Of a DNA stretch of 64,000 bases, positions 59,801 through 64,000 are shown piece after piece; the stretch's first letter is position 1, and each line of letters starts with the position of its first letter. A program made the position numbers and the translations under genes. The notes beneath the pieces are model-generated. The model saw only the letters and a program-made list of their open reading frames with translations. It was not told where the DNA came from and made no database searches. The stretch lies in assembly GCA_032718475.1 (NCBI GenBank), contig JAUCBJ010001574.1:1-64000 (forward strand), in the 5' to 3' direction. Source of the DNA: Nemertoderma westbladi (taxonomy: Eukaryota; Animalia; Xenacoelomorpha).

Positions 59801-62800
59801 AAGGTAAGTGAAAAACCCGTTTCTAGAAGAAAGGTAACACCAGTGTGTTATACAGACGACGGCGAAAGCCAAACCTCTCAAGAGGAGAGCAACGGGAAAG
59901 ACACTGAAAGATCTTACTATGTCAACAAAACACCAAAGGATGTAAGTAAATTTAAGTCTCGAACCAGTGACAGGAGAGAACAGACAACAAAAACTCCTCC
60001 CACGTCTCCTAAGAGAATTCATGGAAGAAAGCCCGAGGAAAGAACGAGTGTGCACAACACTTCCCAAGGTAAAGTAAGTAACATCAAACCAAAATGTGCA
60101 TTGTGCGACGGACCCCACCGTTTAAGTGTGTGTGAGGAATTCTTAAAGAAATCCCTAAAGGATAGACGCGAAGTCATGTGGGATAAGCGGTTGTGTTATA
60201 ATTGTCTCAGACAAGGACACCAACGGCGAACCTGTTACTCCGACGCAAGGTGTGCGAAGTGCGGCGCGAAACATCATATTTTGTTGCACACCGAATTCAA
60301 AAGAAACAGCCCGAGTCAAGTAAGTGAGTCCGAACTACATGTCCAATTCAGTGATGTGAACGACACTGACCTCAGTTCTGAGATGGAAGGATTCTACACG
60401 GATGAATTCTCCGACGAAAACGAATCCTGTTATCTAATAAACACTGCAGTGTATCGAGCACTTACGTATGAGACTGAAACTGATAGTGAGCTCCCCCTAA
60501 CTATTCCAGACCGACAACCATCTTGGAAAGCGCCAACTGCCAACGTAGGAATCCGAGAATTTCCCGTAGTGCAGTTGAGAGTCCACGGGTTAGAAAAGAG
60601 CTATATAGTGAACGCCCTCCTTAACTCCGGCAGCACAGGAACATTCATCGACAAAGAACTAGCCGAAGACATCTTTGCTGGACAACCCAAGTTCCGAACT
60701 AAATTGAACCTTTCAGGAATTATGCAGGTTTGGAAATCTACAGTAACTACAGACTACTATGTAGGCGCGTTGTCCACCCCCCAGGATGAACTAGGAGAAC
60801 ACAGTATAAGGTCAGTAAAAATGGTGGCGATAAAGAACTTCGCTACCAGACAAGTGGAACCTTATAACTGGGATGAAGACGATTTCACCCAGCAGCATGA
60901 GATACCTAGATTCAACACCGACTACCCAGGGGTACAATTACTCATCGGCCAAAATGCGCATGAAGCGCTTGAGACATTAGAGAAATGGCCTGCTCAACCG
61001 CAACCACTGCAAACCTATGCGGGAAGAACCAGAGTAGGTTGGTACTTTACTGGACCTTCCCGTAGGACTCTAATGGAAAGGCTACCTAAAGAGCAAGTCT
61101 ACCAGGTGAGTGAATGGGAAGGGGAAATCAGTGAAAGAGACGACACACCTGAGGGAACACCATATTCCTCAGACAATGATGATATTCATCAACTATTCGA
61201 CGAGGAGAATACCATCGACCTCCTTACGAAAGTGAAACTTGGCAAAACCAAGTGAACCTGTGTCACCTCATCCATCCAGCGGGACAAGTCGATTACAACG
61301 ACGAACTGAATGAAGTGATAGATCGTTACAACGCGCAGACTCGCGATGAACACGCCGTATGATTCTTTACTCAAGAGGCTGTAGAGCCCAATTCCTAGGA
61401 TAAGGCCCTATCGGTAGAAGAGGAAAGAGCCAAGCAGATACAGAAAACGACTACACGTTTTCTTAAAGATCAAGGTAGGTATGAGATTGGTCTGCCTTTC
61501 CGACGGCAAGAACCCAATTTTATAAACAACAGCAAATGCTTCAGCTAAGGAGATGTACCAGACCCAGCTGAAGAAATTCATTGACAAGGGATATGCGGAG
61601 CGAGTACTGGAAGAAACACCTATAACTGAGAGAACGTACTATTTAACACATCATTACGTTCCCAAACCCGGTAAACCCAACGAAGTCCGGGTAGTATTTG
61701 ACGGCTCCGCCCTCTACATGGGACAATCCCTTAACTCAGAGTTGTTGCCGGGACCCAACTTACTCCAATCCTTGTTGGGAATACTCTTAAGATTACGACA
61801 ATATTCGATCGCTTTCGCCTCCGATATAGAAGGCATGTTCTTACAAGTTAAGGCGCTGGATAAGGATCGGGACAGCCTACGATTTCTGTGGTGGCCTGAA
61901 GGAGACCTCAACCAGAAACCGGTGGAGTACTGGATGACCATCCAGGCTTTTGGGATCATCTCGAGCCCTTCAAACGCCTGCTCAGTAGTGCGCACCACTG
62001 CTGATGACAACCGGGACGCCTTCTCCAAAGAGGTTATCGACAACATCAAATGGGATATATACATGGACGACAATTTAAAGTCCCTCCCATCGGTGGAAGA
62101 AGCCATTGATGTCGCCAAAGGAATGGTAGAGTGCTTGAAAAGAGGTGGATTTCGATTAACTAAATTCACCAGTAACTCCCGTGAATTTCTGGAATCGATC
62201 CCGGTAGAAGACCGAGGAGTTAAAGATCTAGACCTTATCAAGGACGATCTTCCAGAAACCAAGACGCTTGGTTTGAAATGGGACACAGAGAGAGATATCC
62301 TATTTTTCCAGCTAAAACAGCGAGATAATCCAGTTCGGACTAAACGGATTTGTCTAAGTATCCTGAGCACTTATTTCGATCCATTGGGATTTATTAGCCC
62401 AGTTATATTGATTGCTCGGAGTTTAGTACAACAAATGTGGCTTGAAAACCACTCGTGGGACGATCCACTTAAGGGAGAACTATTAAAGAAGTGGATGAAA
62501 TGGAAAGATTCTCTACCATCTATCGAGAATTTTACAATTTCCCGTTCATATTTTGGTCATGTTCTCCCCACGTATTCCTATCAACTCCATGTGTTTGGAG
62601 ACGCCAGCGATATGGGATTAGGTATAGTAGCCTACCTGAGAGTTGAAACTCCGGATGGAATTAAGGTCGCCTTGGTTACCTCTAAGGCCTTGATAAACAA
62701 CAAGTTGAAAGTTCCTCGAGCGGAGTTAAAAGCGGCTCTATGCACTACGGCCATCAGCCGGAATGTAACAGAACAGATCGACTATCCACTGGAGAAAACT

Positions 62801-64000
62801 GTCTATTGGACCGATGCTTTACTCGTGTTGGAGTATATAACCAATGAAGTCTGTCAGTTCAGCGTCTTCGTTACCAACAGAGTAGCCATTATACTTAGTT
62901 GCACAAAGATAGATCAATGGAGACATTGCCCTGGGACGATTAATCCAGCCGACATCGCCTCCAGGGGAGCAACTCCACAAGAACTGATAGATACTCCAGA
63001 CTGGTTAGGTGGACCCGACTTCCTAAGCAGGGAATAGGATGAATGGCCTCCTCATCTTACTACGGCGGAGATTAGACAAGCCAAGGGAGCGGAGAAAGTC
63101 AAACCTAAAACCCGGGCGAGTAAATCGAAGTTATTTAAACCCGTGATAGATCTGTCTGTACTACACACTTCCGGAGATGACGTTTTGGATCCAAAATCCT
63201 CAGCCACAAACAAGTCTGTTGTGGAAATCAGAGAGAGAGATTGGAAATCTGGAACACCAGACGTCTCGCAGGGACTCTCACCCCTCCTGCAGAGAGCGAT
63301 ACATCACTATAGCTCCTGGAATCGGCTTTGTAAGGCCGTTGCTTATTTGAAGCGATGTTTTCATCATCACTACTCCAGGACGAAGATCGCTAGTGATACC
63401 GCTCCACTGACATCTGCGCAGGTCCATGTTGTTAAAGATCTTCCCAAATACAAGATATCAGACAGATTTCTGAAGGAGAGGATCAGTTACCAGGAGCATG
63501 AAGAAACAAATAAGCAGATACTGAGACTCCTGCAATGCTATGAGGATTCCGATAAGTATTTCCTGTTGTTGAGAAATCCACAGATGCGCTTAAGGGATCG
63601 TTTCTCTAGCACAATGATAGATGGGTTAATACGCGTTGGAGGAAGACTAACTAATGCTCCATTATCCTTTGACACTAAGTTTCCCATACTCATTAGAAAT
63701 CTTGAAATACAAATCAAGATGATTGTAGATGTTCACAGTAAGCTTTACCATGCTGGTTGAGAACGAGTTCTTAGCGAAATTCGAACTCGCTATTATTTTC
63801 ATAAACCCCGTAGAGCTCTGAACCAAGTTCTTAGGAACTGCATACCCTGTAGGAAAGCATTCAGTAGGCCTTTAACACAGCGAGAGGCAGAATTACCTAG
63901 GGAACGAGTAAGCTTCTATGAACCACCCTTCACAAATACCGGTGTGGATTTATTTGGCCCTATTGAAGTATATCGTGCTAGGACTATAGTCAAGAGATGG
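56884..64000 (+). pseudogene. gag-pol: gag-pol polyprotein of element D (several frameshifts and stops)
   Basis: Triple zinc knuckle; protease site mutated to ALLNSGS; RT VRVVFDGS, SDIEGMFLQV, IYMDD; RNase H LHVFGDAS, PRAEL, WTDA, NPADIASRG; integrase H..H..C..C and PFTNTGVDLFGP near 63930. Confidence 0.93.

Larger units (their letters stand above)
53616..64000 (+). mobile_element. BEL/Pao element D: 5' LTR (53616-54957), leader, gag-pol running off the window
   Basis: LTR termini; domain order gag-PR-RT-RH-IN. Confidence 0.97.

Noticed and set aside
61714-62370. 218-aa antisense ORF
   Set aside because: Lies opposite the RT domain and has no independent motif.

Overview
AT-rich eukaryotic DNA, probably from an invertebrate animal, made almost entirely of nested transposable elements. 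It is dominated by one BEL/Pao LTR-retrotransposon family with LTRs of about 1.1-1.2 kb (TGTAAA...GCGCGAACA). There are eight LTR copies: a fragment at 6.1-6.5 kb, a 3' remnant E, truncated elements A, B and F, a complete but internally deleted young element C with a 5-bp TSD, and a degenerate element D running off the right edge. Also present are RTE-, CR1/L2- and CRE-type LINE remnants, a MULE transposase pseudogene, foldback/MITE and Helitron/Helentron-like non-autonomous elements, satellites, one clean calcium-binding EGF exon and a broken C2H2 zinc-finger exon. Main result: none of the five 5' LTRs is followed by a tRNA primer-binding site. Instead, the 11-12 nt directly after each LTR are the perfect reverse complement of a segment inside the same LTR, and the two sequences co-vary across four different variants. 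This points to tRNA-independent, Tf1-like self-priming in a BEL/Pao element. All comparisons were made by eye; no searches or alignments were run.
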